NCBI GenBank assembly: GCA_964247055.1
Contig: OZ176056.1
Location: 682,001-746,000 of the forward strand
Direction: 5' to 3'
DNA from: Paragordius varius
Taxonomy: Eukaryota > Animalia > Nematomorpha
DNA: 64,000 nt
Shown here: positions 31,301 to 46,000 of the stretch, piece by piece
Layout of the letters: every line of letters begins with the position of its first letter
Position numbering within the stretch: position 1 is the stretch's first letter
Made by a program: the position numbers and the translations under genes
Notes under the pieces: generated by a model
What the model saw: only the letters and a program-made list of their open reading frames with translations
Told to the model about the DNA's origin: nothing
Databases searched by the model: none

Positions 31301-34300
31301 TAATTTTTATACATTCTCTTAGTAGGATTACATCATAATATAGAGATATTTTGACAAATTCTTTCATATCCGATTTTTGCAACGATACTTTAAAAAATAA
31401 TGTATCAAAGTAGTCGCCTCAATACTCAAGTTAAACTTTGTCCTTAAAAATCGGATATTGGTCTCCGGTTAACAAAACTATTTTTTATACATTCTCCTAG
31501 TAGGACTAGATCAAAATATAGAGATAGTTTGACAAACTCTTTCATATCCGATTTTTACAGCGATACTTTAAAAATTAATGTATAAAACTAGTCGCATCAA
31601 TACTCAAGTTAAACTTTGTCCTTAAAAATCGGATATTGGTCACAGGTGAACAAAATTATTTTTTATACATTATCTTAGTAGGACTACATCAAAATATAGA
31701 GATAGTTTGACAAACTCTTTCATATCCGATTTTTACAGCGATACTTTAAAAATTAATGTATAAAACTAGTCGCATCATTAGTCAAGTCTTTGTCCTTAAA
31801 AATCGGATATTGGTCGCCGGTAAAGAAAATTATTTTTTATACATTCTCTTAGTAGGACTACATCAAAATATAGAGATAGTTTGACAAACTCTTTCATATC
31901 CGATTTTTACCGCGATACTTAAAAAAATTAATGTATAATTTAGCATACGACAATAAGCAAGTTAAACTTTGTCCTTAAAAATCGCATATTGGTCGCCGGT
32001 AAAGAAAATTATTTTTTATACATTCTCTTAGTAGGACTACATCAAAGTTTGACAAACTCTTTCATATCTGATTTTTACAGCGATACTTTAAAAATTAATG
32101 TATAAAACTAGTCGCATCAATACTCAAGTTAAACTTTAACTTTAAAATCGGATATTGGTCACCGGTGAACAAAATTATTTTTTATACATTATCTTAGTAG
32201 GACTACATCAAAATATAGAGATAGTTTGACAAACTCTTTCATATCCGATTTTTACAGCGATACTTTAAAAATTAATGTATAAAACTAGTCGCATCAATAC
32301 TCAAGTTAAACTTTAACTTTAAAATCGGATATTGGTCACCGGTGAACAAAATTATTTTTTATACATTCTCTTAGTAGGACTACATCAAAATATAGTGATA
32401 TTTTGACAAATTCTTTCATATCCGATTTTTAAAACGATATTTAAAAAATTAATGTATTAAACTAGTCGCATCAATACTCAAGTTAAACTTTGTCCTTAAA
32501 AATAGGATATTGGTCACCGGTGAACAAAATTATTTTTTATACATTCTCTTAGTAAGACTACATCAAAATATAGAGATAGTTTGACAAACTCTTTAATACC
32601 TGATTTTTACAACGATACTCTAAAAATTAATGTATAAAAGTAGTCACATCAATACTAAAGTTAAACTTTGTCCTTAAAAATCTGATTTTGGTCACCGGTG
32701 AACAAAATTATTTTGTATACATTCTCTTAGTAAGACTACATCAAAATATAGAGATAGTTTGACAAACTCTTTCATATCCGATTTTTACAACGATAAAAAT
32801 TAAAGTATAAAACTAGTCGCATCAATACTCAAGTTAAACTTTGTCCTTAAAAATCGGATATTTGTCGCCGGTAAAGAAAATTATTTTTTATACATTCTCT
32901 TAGTAGGACTACATTAAAATATAGAGATAGTTTGACAAACTCTTTCATATCCGATTTTTACAGCGATACTTTATAAATTAATGTATAAAACTAGTCGCAT
33001 CCATACTCAAGTTAAACTTTGTCCTTAAAAATCGGATATTGGTCACCAGTGAACAAAATTATTTTTTATACATTCTCTTAGTAAGACTACATCAAAATAT
33101 AGAGATAGTTTGACAAACTCTTTCATATCCGATTTTTACAACGATACTTAAAAAATTAATGTATAAAACTAGTCGCATCAATACTCTAGTTAAACTTTGT
33201 CCTTAAAAATAGGATATTGGTCACCGGTGAACAAAATTATTTTTTATACATTCTCTTAGTAAGACTACATCAAAATATAGAGATAGTTTGACAAACTCTT
33301 TAATACCTGATTTTTACAACGATACTCTAAAAATTAATGTATAAAGGTAGTCGCATCAATACTAAAGTTAATCTTTGTCCTTAAAAATCTGATATTGGTC
33401 ACCGGTGAACAAAATTATTTTGTATACATTCTCTTAGTAAGACTACATCAAAATATAGAGATAGTTTGACAAACTCTTTCATATCCGATTTTTACAACGA
33501 TAAAAATTAATGTATAAAACTAGTCGCATCAATACTCAAGTTAAACTTTGTCCTTAAAAATCGGATATTTGTCGCCGGTAAAGAAAATTATTTTTTATAC
33601 ATTCTCTTAGTAGGACTACATTAAAATATGGAGATAGTTTGACAAACTCTTTCATATCCGATTTTCACAACGATACTTTAAAAATTAATGTATAATTTAG
33701 CATACGACAAAAAGCAAGTTAAACTTTGTCCTTAAAAATCGGATATTGGTTGCCATTAAAGAAAATTATTTTTTATACATTCTCTTAGTAGGACTACATC
33801 ATAATATAGAGATAGTTTGACAAACTCTTTCATATCCGATTTTTACAACGATACTTTAAAAATTAATGTATAAAACTAGCCGCATCATTAGTCAAGTCTT
33901 TGTCCTTAAAAATCGGATATTGGTCGCCGGTGAACAAAATTATTTTTTATACATTCTCTTAGTAGGACTACATCAAAATATAGTGATATTTTGACAAATT
34001 CTTTCATATCCGATTTTTAAAACGATACTTAAAAAATTAATGTATTAAACTAGTCGCATCAATACTCAATTTAAACTTTAACTTCAAAATCGGATATTGG
34101 TCACCGGTGAACAAAATTATTTTTTATACATTCTCTTAGTAGGACTACATCAAAATATAGAGATATTTTGACAAATTCTTTCATATCCGATTTTTAAAAC
34201 GATACTTAAAAAATTAATGTATTAAACTAGTCGCATCAATACTCAATTTAAACTTTGTCCTTAAAAATCGGATATTGGTCGCCGGTAAAGAAAATTATTT

Positions 34301-37300
34301 TTTATACATTCTCTTAGTAGGACTACATCAATATATAGAGATAGTTTGACAAACTCTTTCATATCCGATTTTTACAACGATACTTTAAAAATTAATGTAT
34401 AAAACTAGCCGCATCATTAGTCAAATTAAATTGTCCTTATAAATATGATATTGGTCACCGGTGAACAAAATTAATTTTTATACATTCTCTTAGTAGGATT
34501 ACATCATAATATAGAGATATTTTGACAAATTCTTTCATATCCGATTTTTGCAACGATACTTTAAAAAATAATGTATCAAAGTAGTCGCATCAATACTCAA
34601 GTTAAACTTTGTCCTTAAAAATCGGATATTGGTCACCGGTTAACAAAACTATTTTTTATACATTCTCTTAGTAGGACTAGATCAAAATATAGAGATAGTT
34701 TGACAAACTCTTTCATATCCGATTTTTACAGCGATACTTTAAAAATTAATGTATAAAACTAGTCGCATCAATACTCAAGTTAAACTTTGTCCTTAAAAAT
34801 CGGATATTGGTCACAGGTGAACAAAATTATTTTTTATACATTATCTTAGTAGGACTACATCAAAATATAGAGATAGTTTGACAAACTCTTTCATATCCGA
34901 TTTTTACAGCGATACTTTAAAAATTAATGTATAAAACTAGTCGCATCAATACTCAAGTTAAACTTTAACTTTAAAATCGGATATTGGTCTAGGTGAACAA
35001 AATTATTTTTTATACATTCTCTTAGTAGGACTACATCAAAATATAGTGATATTTTGACAAATTCTTTCATATCCGATTTTTAAAACGATACTTAAAAAAT
35101 TAATGTATTAAACTAGTCGCATCAATACTCAAGTTAAACTTTGTCCTTAAAAATAGGATATTGGTCACCGGTGAACAAAATTATTTTTTATACATTCTCT
35201 TAGTAAGACTACATCAAAATATAGAGATAGTTTGACAAACTCTTTAATACCTGATTTTTACAACGATACTCTAAAAATTAATGTATAAAAGTAGTCACAT
35301 CAATACTAAAGTTAAACTTTGTCCTTAAAAATCTGATTTTGGTCACCGGTGAACAAAATTATTTTGTATACATTCTCTTAGCAAGACTACATCAAAATAT
35401 AGAGATAGTTTGACAAACTCTTTCATATCCGATTTTTACAACGATACTTTAAAAATTAATTTATAAAACTAGTCGCATCAATACTCAAGTTAAACTTTGT
35501 CCTTAAGAATCGGATATTGGTCGCCGGTAAAGAAAATTATTTTTTATACATTCTCTTAGTAGGACTACATCAAAATATAGAGATAGTTTGACAAACTCTT
35601 TCATATCCGATTTTTACAACGATACTTTAAAAATTAATGTATAAAACTAGTCGCATCATTAGTCAAGTCTTTGTCCTTAAAAATCGGATATTGGTCGCCG
35701 GTAAAGAAAATTATTTTTTATACATTCTCTTAGTAGGACTATACAAAATATAGAGATAGTTTGACAAACTCTTTCATATCCGATTTTTACAACGATACTT
35801 TAAAAATTAATGTATAAAACTAGCCGCATCATTAGTCAAATTAAATTGTCCTAATAAATATGATATTGGTCACCGGTGAACAAAATTAATTTTTATACAT
35901 TCTCTTAGTAGGACTACATCATAATATAGAGATATTTTGACAAATTCTTTCATATCCGATTATTGCAACGATACTTTAAAAAATAATGTATAAAAGTAGT
36001 CGCATCAATACTCAAGTTAAACTTTGTCCTTAAAAATCGGATATTGGTCACCGGTTAACAAAACTATTTTTTATACATTCTCTTAGTAGGACTAGATCAA
36101 AATATAGAGATAGTTTGACAAACTCTTTCATATCCGATTTTTACAGCGATACTTTAAAAATTAATGTATAAAACTAGTCGCATCAATATTCAAGTAAAAC
36201 TTTGTCCTTAAAAATCGGATATTGGTCACAGGTGAACAAAATTATTTTTTATACATTATCTTAGTAGGACTACATCAAAATATAGAGATAGTTTGACAAA
36301 TTCTTTCATATCCGATTATTGCAACGATACTTTAAAAAATAATGTATAAAAGTAGTCGCATCAATACTCAAGTTAAACTTTGTCCTTAAAAATCGGATAT
36401 TGGTCACAGGTGAACAAAATTATTTTTTATACATTATCTTAGTAGGACTACATCAAAATATAGAGATAGTTTGACAAACTCTTTCATATCCGATTTTTAC
36501 AGCGATACTTTAAAAATTAATGTATAAAACTAGTCGCATCAATACTCAAGTTAAACTTTAACTTTAAAATCGGATATTGGTCACCGGTGAACAAAATTAT
36601 TTTTTATACATTATCTTAGTAGGACTACATCAAAATATAGAGATAGTTTGACAAACTCTTTCATATCCGATTTTTACAACGATACTTTAAAAATTAATGT
36701 ATAAAACTAGTCGCATCATTAGTCAAGTCTTTGTCCTTAAAAATCGGATATTGGTCGCCGGTAAAGAAAATTATTTTTTATACATTCTCTTAGTAGGACT
36801 ACATCAAAATATAGAGATAGTTTGACAAACTCTTTCATATCCGATTTTTACAACGATACTTTAAAAATTAATGTATAAAACTAGCCGCATCATTAGTCAA
36901 ATTAAATTGTCCTTATAAATATGATATTGGTCACCGGTGAACAAAATTAATTTTTATACATTCTCTTAGTAGGACTACATCATAATATAGAGATATTTTG
37001 ACAAATTCTTTCATATCCGATTTTTGCAACGATACTTTAAAAAATAATGTATAAAAGTAGTCGCATCAATACTCAAGTTAAACTTTGTCCTTAAAAATCG
37101 GATATTGGTCACCGGTTAACAAAACTATTTTTTATACATTCTCTTAGTAGGACTAGATCAAAATATAGAGATAGTTTGACAAACTCTTTCATATCCGATT
37201 TTTCAGCGATACTTTAAAAATTAATGTATAAAACTAGTCGCATCAATACTCAAGTAAAACTTTGTCCTTAAAAATCGGATATTGGTCACAGGTGAACAAA

Positions 37301-40300
37301 ATTATTTTTTATACATTATCTTAGTAGGACTACATCAAAATATAGAGATAGTTTGACAAACTCTTTCATATCCGATTTTTAAAACGATACTTAAAAAATT
37401 AATGTATTAAACTAGTCGCATCAATACTCAATTTAAACTTTGTCCTTAAAAATCGGATATTGGTCGCCGGTAAAGAAAATTATTTTTTATACATTCTCTT
37501 AGTAGGACACATCAATATATAGAGATAGTTTGACAAACTCTTTCATATCCGATTTTTACAACGATACTTTAAAAATTAATGTATAAAACTAGCCGCATCA
37601 TTAGTCAAATTAAATTGTCCTTATAAATATGATATTGGTCACCGGTGAACAAAATTAATTTTTATACATTCTCTTAGTAGGATTACATCATAATATAGAG
37701 ATATTTTGACAAATTCTTTCATATCCGATTTTTGCAACGATACTTTAAAAAATAATGTATCAAAGTAGTCGCCTCAATACTCAAGTTAAACTTTGTCCTT
37801 AAAAATCGGATATTGGTCTCCGGTTAACAAAACTATTTTTTATACATTCTCCTAGTAGGACTAGATCAAAATATAGAGATAGTTTGACAAACTCTTTAAT
37901 ACCTGATTTTTACAACGATACTCTAAAAATTAATGTATAAAAGTAGTCACATCAATACTAAAGTTAAACTTTGTCCTTAAAAATCTGATTTTGGTCACCG
38001 GTGAACAAAATTATTTTGTATACATTCTCTTAGTAAGACTACATCAAAATATAGAGATAGTTTGACAAACTCTTTCATATCCGATTTTTACAACGATAAA
38101 AATTAAAGTATAAAACTAGTCGCATCAATACTCAAGTTAAACTTTGTCCTTAAAAATCGGATATTGGTCGCCGGTGAACAAAATTATTTTTTATACATTC
38201 TCTTAGTAGGACTACATCAAAATATAGTGATATTTTGACAAATTCTTTCATATCCGATTTTTAAAACGATACTTAAAAAATTAATGTATTAAACTAGTCG
38301 CATCAATACTCAATTTAAACTTTAACTTCAAAATCGGATATTGGTCACCGGTGAACAAAATTATTTTTTATACATTCTCTTAGTAGGACTACATCAAAAT
38401 ATAGAGATATTTTGACAAATTCTTTCATATCCGATTTTTAAAACGATACTTAAAAAATTAATGTATTAAACTAGTCGCATCAATACTCAATTTAAACTTT
38501 GTCCTTAAAAATCGGATATTGGTCGCCGGTAAAGAAAATTATTTTTTATACATTCTCTTAGTAGGACTACATCAATATATAGAGATAGTTTGACAAACTC
38601 TTTCATATCCGATTTTTACAACGATACTTTAAAAATTAATGTATAAAACTAGCCGCATCATTAGTCAAATTAAATTGTCCTTATAAATATGATATTGGTC
38701 ACCGGTGAACAAAATTAATTTTTATACATTCTCTTAGTAGGATTACATCATAATATAGAGATATTTTGACAAATTCTTTCATATCCGATTTTTGCAACGA
38801 TACTTTAAAAAATAATGTATCAAAGTAGTCGCATCAATACTCAAGTTAAACTTTGTCCTTAAAAATCGGATATTGGTCACCGGTTAACAAAACTATTTTT
38901 TATACATTCTCTTAGTAGGACTAGATCAAAATATAGAGATAGTTTGACAAACTCTTTCATATCCGATTTTTACAGCGATACTTTAAAAATTAATGTATAA
39001 AACTAGTCGCATCAATACTCAAGTTAAACTTTGTCCTTAAAAATCGGATATTGGTCACAGGTGAACAAAATTATTTTTTATACATTATCTTAGTAGGACT
39101 ACATCAAAATATAGAGATAGTTTGACAAACTCTTTCATATCCGATTTTTACAGCTATACTTTAAAAATTAATGTATAAAACTAGTCGCATCAATACTCAA
39201 GTTAAACTTTAACTTTAAAATCGGATATTGGTCTAGGTGAACAAAATTATTTTTTATACATTCTCTTTGTAGGACTACATCAAAATATAGTGATATTTTG
39301 ACAAATTCTTTCATATCCGATTTTTAAAACGATACTTAAAAAATTAATGTATTAAACTAGTCGCATCAATACTCAAGTTAAACTTTGTCCTTAAAAATAG
39401 GATATTGGTCACCGGTGAACAAAATTATTTTTTATACATTCTCTTAGTAAGACTACATCAAAATATAGAGATAGTTTGACAAACTCTTTAATACCTGATT
39501 TTTACAACGATACTCTAAAAATTCATGTATAAAAGTAGTCACATCAATACTAAAGTTAAACTTTGTCCTTAAAAATCTGATTTTGGTCACCGGTGAACAA
39601 AATTATTTTGTATACATTCTCTTAGCAAGACTACATCAAAATATAGAGATAGTTTGACAAACTCTTTCATATCCGATTTTTACAACGATACTTTAAAAAT
39701 TAATTTATAAAACTAGTCGCATCAATACTCAAGTTAAACTTTGTCCTTAAGAATCGGATATTGGTCGCCGGTAAAGAAAATTATTTTTTATACATTCTCT
39801 TAGTAGGACTACATCAAAATATAGAGATAGTTTGACAAACTCTTTCATATCCGATTTTTACAACGATACTTTAAAAATTAATGTATAAAACTAGTCGCAT
39901 CATTAGTCAAGTCTTTGTCCTTAAAAATCGGATATTGGTCGCCGGTAAAGAAAATTATTTTTTATACATTCTCTTAGTAGGACTATACAAAATATAGAGA
40001 TAGTTTGACAAACTCTTTCATATCCGATTTTTACAACGATACTTTAAAAATTAATGTATAAAACTAGCCGCATCATTAGTCAAATTAAATTGTCCTAATA
40101 AATATGATATTGGTCACCGGTGAACAAAATTAATTTTTATACATTCTCTTAGTAGGACTACATCATAATATAGAGATATTTTGACAAATTCTTTCATATC
40201 CGATTATTGCAACGATACTTTAAAAAATAATGTAAAAAAGTAGTCGCATCAATACTCAAGTTAAACTTTGTCCTTAAAAATCGGATATTGGTCACCGGTT

Positions 40301-43000
40301 AACAAAACTATTTTTTATACATTCTCTTAGTAGGACTAGATCAAAATATAGAGATAGTTTGACAAACTCTTTCATATCCGATTTTTACAGCGATACTTTA
40401 AAAATTAATGTATAAAACTAGTCGCATCAATATTCAAGTAAAACTTTGTCCTTAAAAATCGGATATTGGTCACAGGTGAACAAAATTATTTTTTATACAT
40501 TCTCTTAGTAAGACTACATCAAAATATAGAGATAGTTTGACAAACTCTTTCATATCCGATTTTTACAGCGATACTTTAAAAATTAATGTATTAAACTAGT
40601 CGCATCAATACTCAAGTTAAACTTTGTCCTTAAAAATCGGATATTGGTCACAGGTGAACAAAATTATTTTTTATACATTATCTTAGTAGGACTACATCAA
40701 AATATAGAGATAGTTTGACAAACTCTTTCATATCCGATTTTTACAGCGATACTTTAAAAATTAATGTATAAAACTAGTCGCATCAATACTCAAGTTAAAC
40801 TTTAACTTTAAAATCGGATATTGGTCACCGGTGAACAAAATTATTTTTTATACATTATCTTAGTAGGACTACATCAAAATATAGAGATAGTTTGACAAAC
40901 TCTTTCATATCCGATTTTTACAACGATACTTTAAAAATTAATGTATAAAACTAGTCGCATCATTAGTCAAGTCTTTGTCCTTAAAAATCGGATATTGGTC
41001 GCCGGTAAAGAAAATTATTTTTTATACATTCTCTTAGTAGGACTACATCAAAATATAGAGATAGTTTGACAAACTCTTTCATATCCGATTTTTACAACGA
41101 TACTTTAAAAATTAATGTATAAAACTAGCCGCATCATTAGTCAAATTAAATTGTCCTTATAAATATGATATTGGTCACCGGTGAACAAAATTAATTTTTA
41201 TACATTCTCTTAGTAGGACTACATCATAATATAGAGATATTTTGACAAATTCTTTCATATCCGATTTTTGCAACGATACTTTAAAAAATAATGTATAAAA
41301 GTAGTCGCATCAATACTCAAGTTAAACTTTGTCCTTAAAAATCGGATATTGGTCACCGGTTAACAAAACTATTTTTTATACATTCTCTTAGTAGGACTAG
41401 ATCAAAATATAGAGATAGTTTGACAAACTCTTTCATATCCGATTTTTCAGCGATACTTTAAAAATTAATGTATAAAACTAGTCGCATCAATACTCAAGTA
41501 AAACTTTGTCCTTAAAAATCGGATATTGGTCACAGGTGAACAAAATTATTTTTTATACATTATCTTAGTAGGACTACATCAAAATATAGAGATAGTTTGA
41601 CAAACTCTTTCATATCCGATTTTTAAAACGATACTTAAAAAATTAATGTATTAAACTAGTCGCATCAATACTCAATTTAAACTTTGTCCTTAAAAATCGG
41701 ATATTGGTCGCCGGTAAAGAAAATTATTTTTTATACATTCTCTTAGTAGGACACATCAATATATAGAGATAGTTTGACAAACTCTTTCATATCCGATTTT
41801 TACAACGATACTTTAAAAATTAATGTATAAAACTAGCCGCATCATTAGTCAAATTAAATTGTCCTTATAAATATGATATTGGTCACCGGTGAACAAAATT
41901 AATTTTTATACATTCTCTTAGTAGGATTACATCATAATATAGAGATATTTTGACAAATTCTTTCATATCCGATTTTTGCAACGATACTTTAAAAAATAAT
42001 GTATCAAAGTAGTCGCCTCAATACTCAAGTTAAACTTTGTCCTTAAAAATCGGATATTGGTCACCGGTTAACAAAACTATTTTTTATACATTCTCCTAGT
42101 AGGACTAGATCAAAATATAGAGATAGTTTGACAAACTCTTTCATATCCGATTTTTACAGCGATACTTTAAAAATTAATGTATAAAACTAGTCGCATCAAT
42201 ACTCAAGTTAAACTTTGTCCTTAAAAATCGGATATTGGTCACAGGTGAACAAAATTATTTTTTATACATTATCTTAGTAGGACTACATCAAAATATAGAG
42301 ATAGTTTGACAAACTCTTTCATATCCGATTTTTACAGCGATACTTTAAAAATTAATGTATAAAACTAGTCGCATCATTAGTCAAGTCTTTGTCCTTAAAA
42401 ATCGGATATTGGTCGCCGGTAAAGAAAATTATTTTTTATACATTCTCTTAGTAGGACTACATCAAAATATAGAGATAGTTTGACAAACTCTTTCATATCC
42501 GATTTTTACCGCGATACTTAAAAAAATTAATGTATAATTTAGCATACGACAATAAGCAAGTTAAACTTTGTCCTTAAAAATCGCATATTGGTCGCCGGTA
42601 AAGAAAATTATTTTTTATACATTCTCTTAGTAGGACTACATCAAAGTTTGACAAACTCTTTCATATCTGATTTTTACAGCGATACTTTAAAAATTAATGT
42701 ATAAAACTAGTCGCATCAATACTCAAGTTAAACTTTAACTTTAAAATCGGATATTGGTCACCGGTGAACAAAATTATTTTTTATACATTCTCTTAGTAGG
42801 ACTACATCAAAATATAGTGATATTTTGACAAATTCTTTCATATCCGATTTTTAAAACGATATTTAAAAAATTAATGTATTAAACTAGTCGCATCAATACT
42901 CAAGTTAAACTTTGTCCTTAAAAATAGGATATTGGTCACCGGTGAACAAAATTATTTTTTATACATTCTCTTAGTAAGACTACATCAAAATATAGAGATA
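16400..43000. repeat. Large higher-order repeat domain, ~34-36 monomers (~6.0-6.4 kb), about 4 copies; boundaries approximate
   Basis: Diagnostic SNP gtcgcctc at 19229, 25414, 31416, 37771, 42015 (spacings 6185, 6002, 6355, 4244). Variant atttagcatacgacaataagc plus an 11-bp-deleted monomer (catcaaagtttgac) near 19750, 25935, 31937, 42536. Confidence 0.85.
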
Positions 43001-46000
43001 GTTTGACAAACTCTTTAATACCTGATTTTTACAACGATACTCTAAAAATTAATGTATAAAAGTAGTCACATCAATACTAAAGTTAAACTTTGTCCTTAAA
43101 AATCTGATTTTGGTCACCGGTGAACAAAATTATTTTGTATACATTCTCTTAGTAAGACTACATCAAAATATAGAGATAGTTTGACAAACTCTTTCATATC
43201 CGATTTTTACAACGATAAAAATTAAAGTATAAAACTAGTCGCATCAATACTCAAGTTAAACTTTGTCCTTAAAAATCGGATATTTGTCGCCGGTAAAGAA
43301 AATTATTTTTTATACATTCTCTTAGTAGGACTACATTAAAATATAGAGATAGTTTGACAAACTCTTTCATATCCGATTTTTACAGCGATACTTTATAAAT
43401 TAATGTATAAAACTAGTCGCATCCATACTCAAGTTAAACTTTGTCCTTAAAAATCGGATATTGGTCACCAGTGAACAAAATTATTTTTTATACATTCTCT
43501 TAGTAAGACTACATCAAAATATAGAGATAGTTTGACAAACTCTTTCATATCCGATTTTTACAACGATACTTTAAAAATTAATGTATTAAACTAGTCACAT
43601 CAATACTAAAGTTAAACTTTGTCCTTAAAAATCTGATTTTGGTCACCGGTGAACAAAATTATTTTGTATACATTCTCTTAGTAAGACTACATCAAAATAT
43701 AGAGATAGTTTGACAAACTCTTTCATATCCGATTTTTACAACGATAAAAATTAAAGTATAAAACTAGTCGCATCAATACTCAAGTTAAACTTTGTCCTTA
43801 AAAATCGGATATTTGTCGCCGGTAAAGAAAATTATTTTTTATACATTCTCTTAGTAGGACTACATTAAAATATAGAGATAGTTTGACAAACTCTTTCATA
43901 TCCGATTTTTACAGCGATACTTTATAAATTAATGTATAAAACTAGTCGCATCCATACTCAAGTTAAACTTTGTCCTTAAAAATCGGATATTGGTCACCAG
44001 TGAACAAAATTATTTTTTATACATTCTCTTAGTAAGACTACATCAAAATATAGAGATAGTTTGACAAACTCTTTCATATCCGATTTTTACAACGATACTT
44101 AAAAAATTAATGTATAAAACTAGTCTCATCAATACTCTAGTTAAACTTTGTCCTTAAAAATAGGATATTGGTCACCGGTGAACAAAATTATTTTTTATAC
44201 ATTCTCTTAGTAAGACTACATCAAAATATAGAGATAGTTTGACAAACTCTTTAATACCTGATTTTTACAACGATACTCTAAAAATTAATGTATAAAGGTA
44301 GTCGCATCAATACTAAAGTTAATCTTTGTCCTTAAATAACTGATATTGGTCACCGGTGAACAAAATTATTTTGTATACATTCTCTTAGTAAGACTACATC
44401 AAAATATAGAGATAGTTTGACAAACTCTTTCATATCCGATTTTTACAACGATAAAAATTAATGTATAAAACTAGTCGCATCAATACTCAAGTTAAACTTT
44501 GTCCTTAAAAATCGGATATTTGTCGCCGGTAAAGAAAATTATTTTTTATACATTCTCTTAGTAGGACTACATTAAAATATGGAGATAGTTTGACAAACTC
44601 CTTCATATCCGATTTTCACAACGATACTTTAAAAATTAATGTATAATTTAGCATACGACAAAAAGCAAGTTAAACTTTGTCCTTAAAAATCGGATATTGG
44701 TTGCCATTAAAGAAAATTATTTTTTATACATTCTCTTAGTAGGACTACATAAAAATATAGAGATAGTTTGACAAACTCTTTCATATCCGATTTTTACAAC
44801 GATACTTTAAAAAATAATATTTAAAACTAGTCGCATCAATACTCAAATTAAACTTTGTCCTTAAAAATCGGATATTGGTCACCGGTGAACAAAATTATTT
44901 TTTATACATTCTCTTAGTAAGACTACATCAAAATATAGAGATAGTTTGACAAACTCTTTAATACCTGATTTTTACAACGATACTCTAAAAATTAATGTAT
45001 AAAAGTAGTCACATCAATACTAAAGTTAAACTTTGTCCTTAAAAATCTGATTTTGGTCACCGGTGAACAAAATTATTTTGTATACATTCTCTTAGTAAGA
45101 CTACATCAAAATATAGAGATAGTTTGACAAACTCTTTCATATCCGATTTTTACAACGATAAAAATTAAAGTATAAAACTAGTCGCATCAATACTCAAGTT
45201 AAACTTTGTCCTTAAAAATCGGATATTTGTCGCCGGTAAAGAAAATTATTTTTTATACATTCTCTTAGTAGGACTACATTAAAATATAGAGATAGTTTGA
45301 CAAACTCTTTCATATCCGATTTTTACAGCGATACTTTATAAATTAATGTATAAAACTAGTCGCATCCATACTCAAGTTAAACTTTGTCCTTAAAAATCGG
45401 ATATTGGTCACCAGTGAACAAAATTATTTTTTATACATTCTCTTAGTAAGACTACATCAAAATATAGAGATAGTTTGACAAACTCTTTCATATCCGATTT
45501 TTACAACGATACTTAAAAAATTAATGTATAAAACTAGTCGCATCAATACTCTAGTTAAACTTTGTCCTTAAAAATCGGATATTGGTCACCGGTGAACAAA
45601 ATTATTTTTTATACATTCTCTTAGTAGGAGTACATCAAAATATAGAGATAGTTTGACAAACTCTTTAATACCTGATTTTTACAACGATACTCTAAAAATT
45701 AATGTATAAAAGTAGTCACATCAATACTAAAGTTAAACTTTGTCCTTAAAAATCTGATTTTGGTCACCGGTGAACAAAATTATTTTGTATACATTCTCTT
45801 AGTAAGACTACATCAAAATATAGAGATAGTTTGACAAACTCTTTCATATCCGATTTTTACAACGATAAAAATTAATGTATAAAACTAGTCGCATCAATAC
45901 TCAAGTTAAACTTTGTCCTTAAAAATCGGATATTTGTCGCCGGTAAAGAAAATTATTTTTTATACATTCTCTTAGTAGGACTACATTAAAATATGGAGAT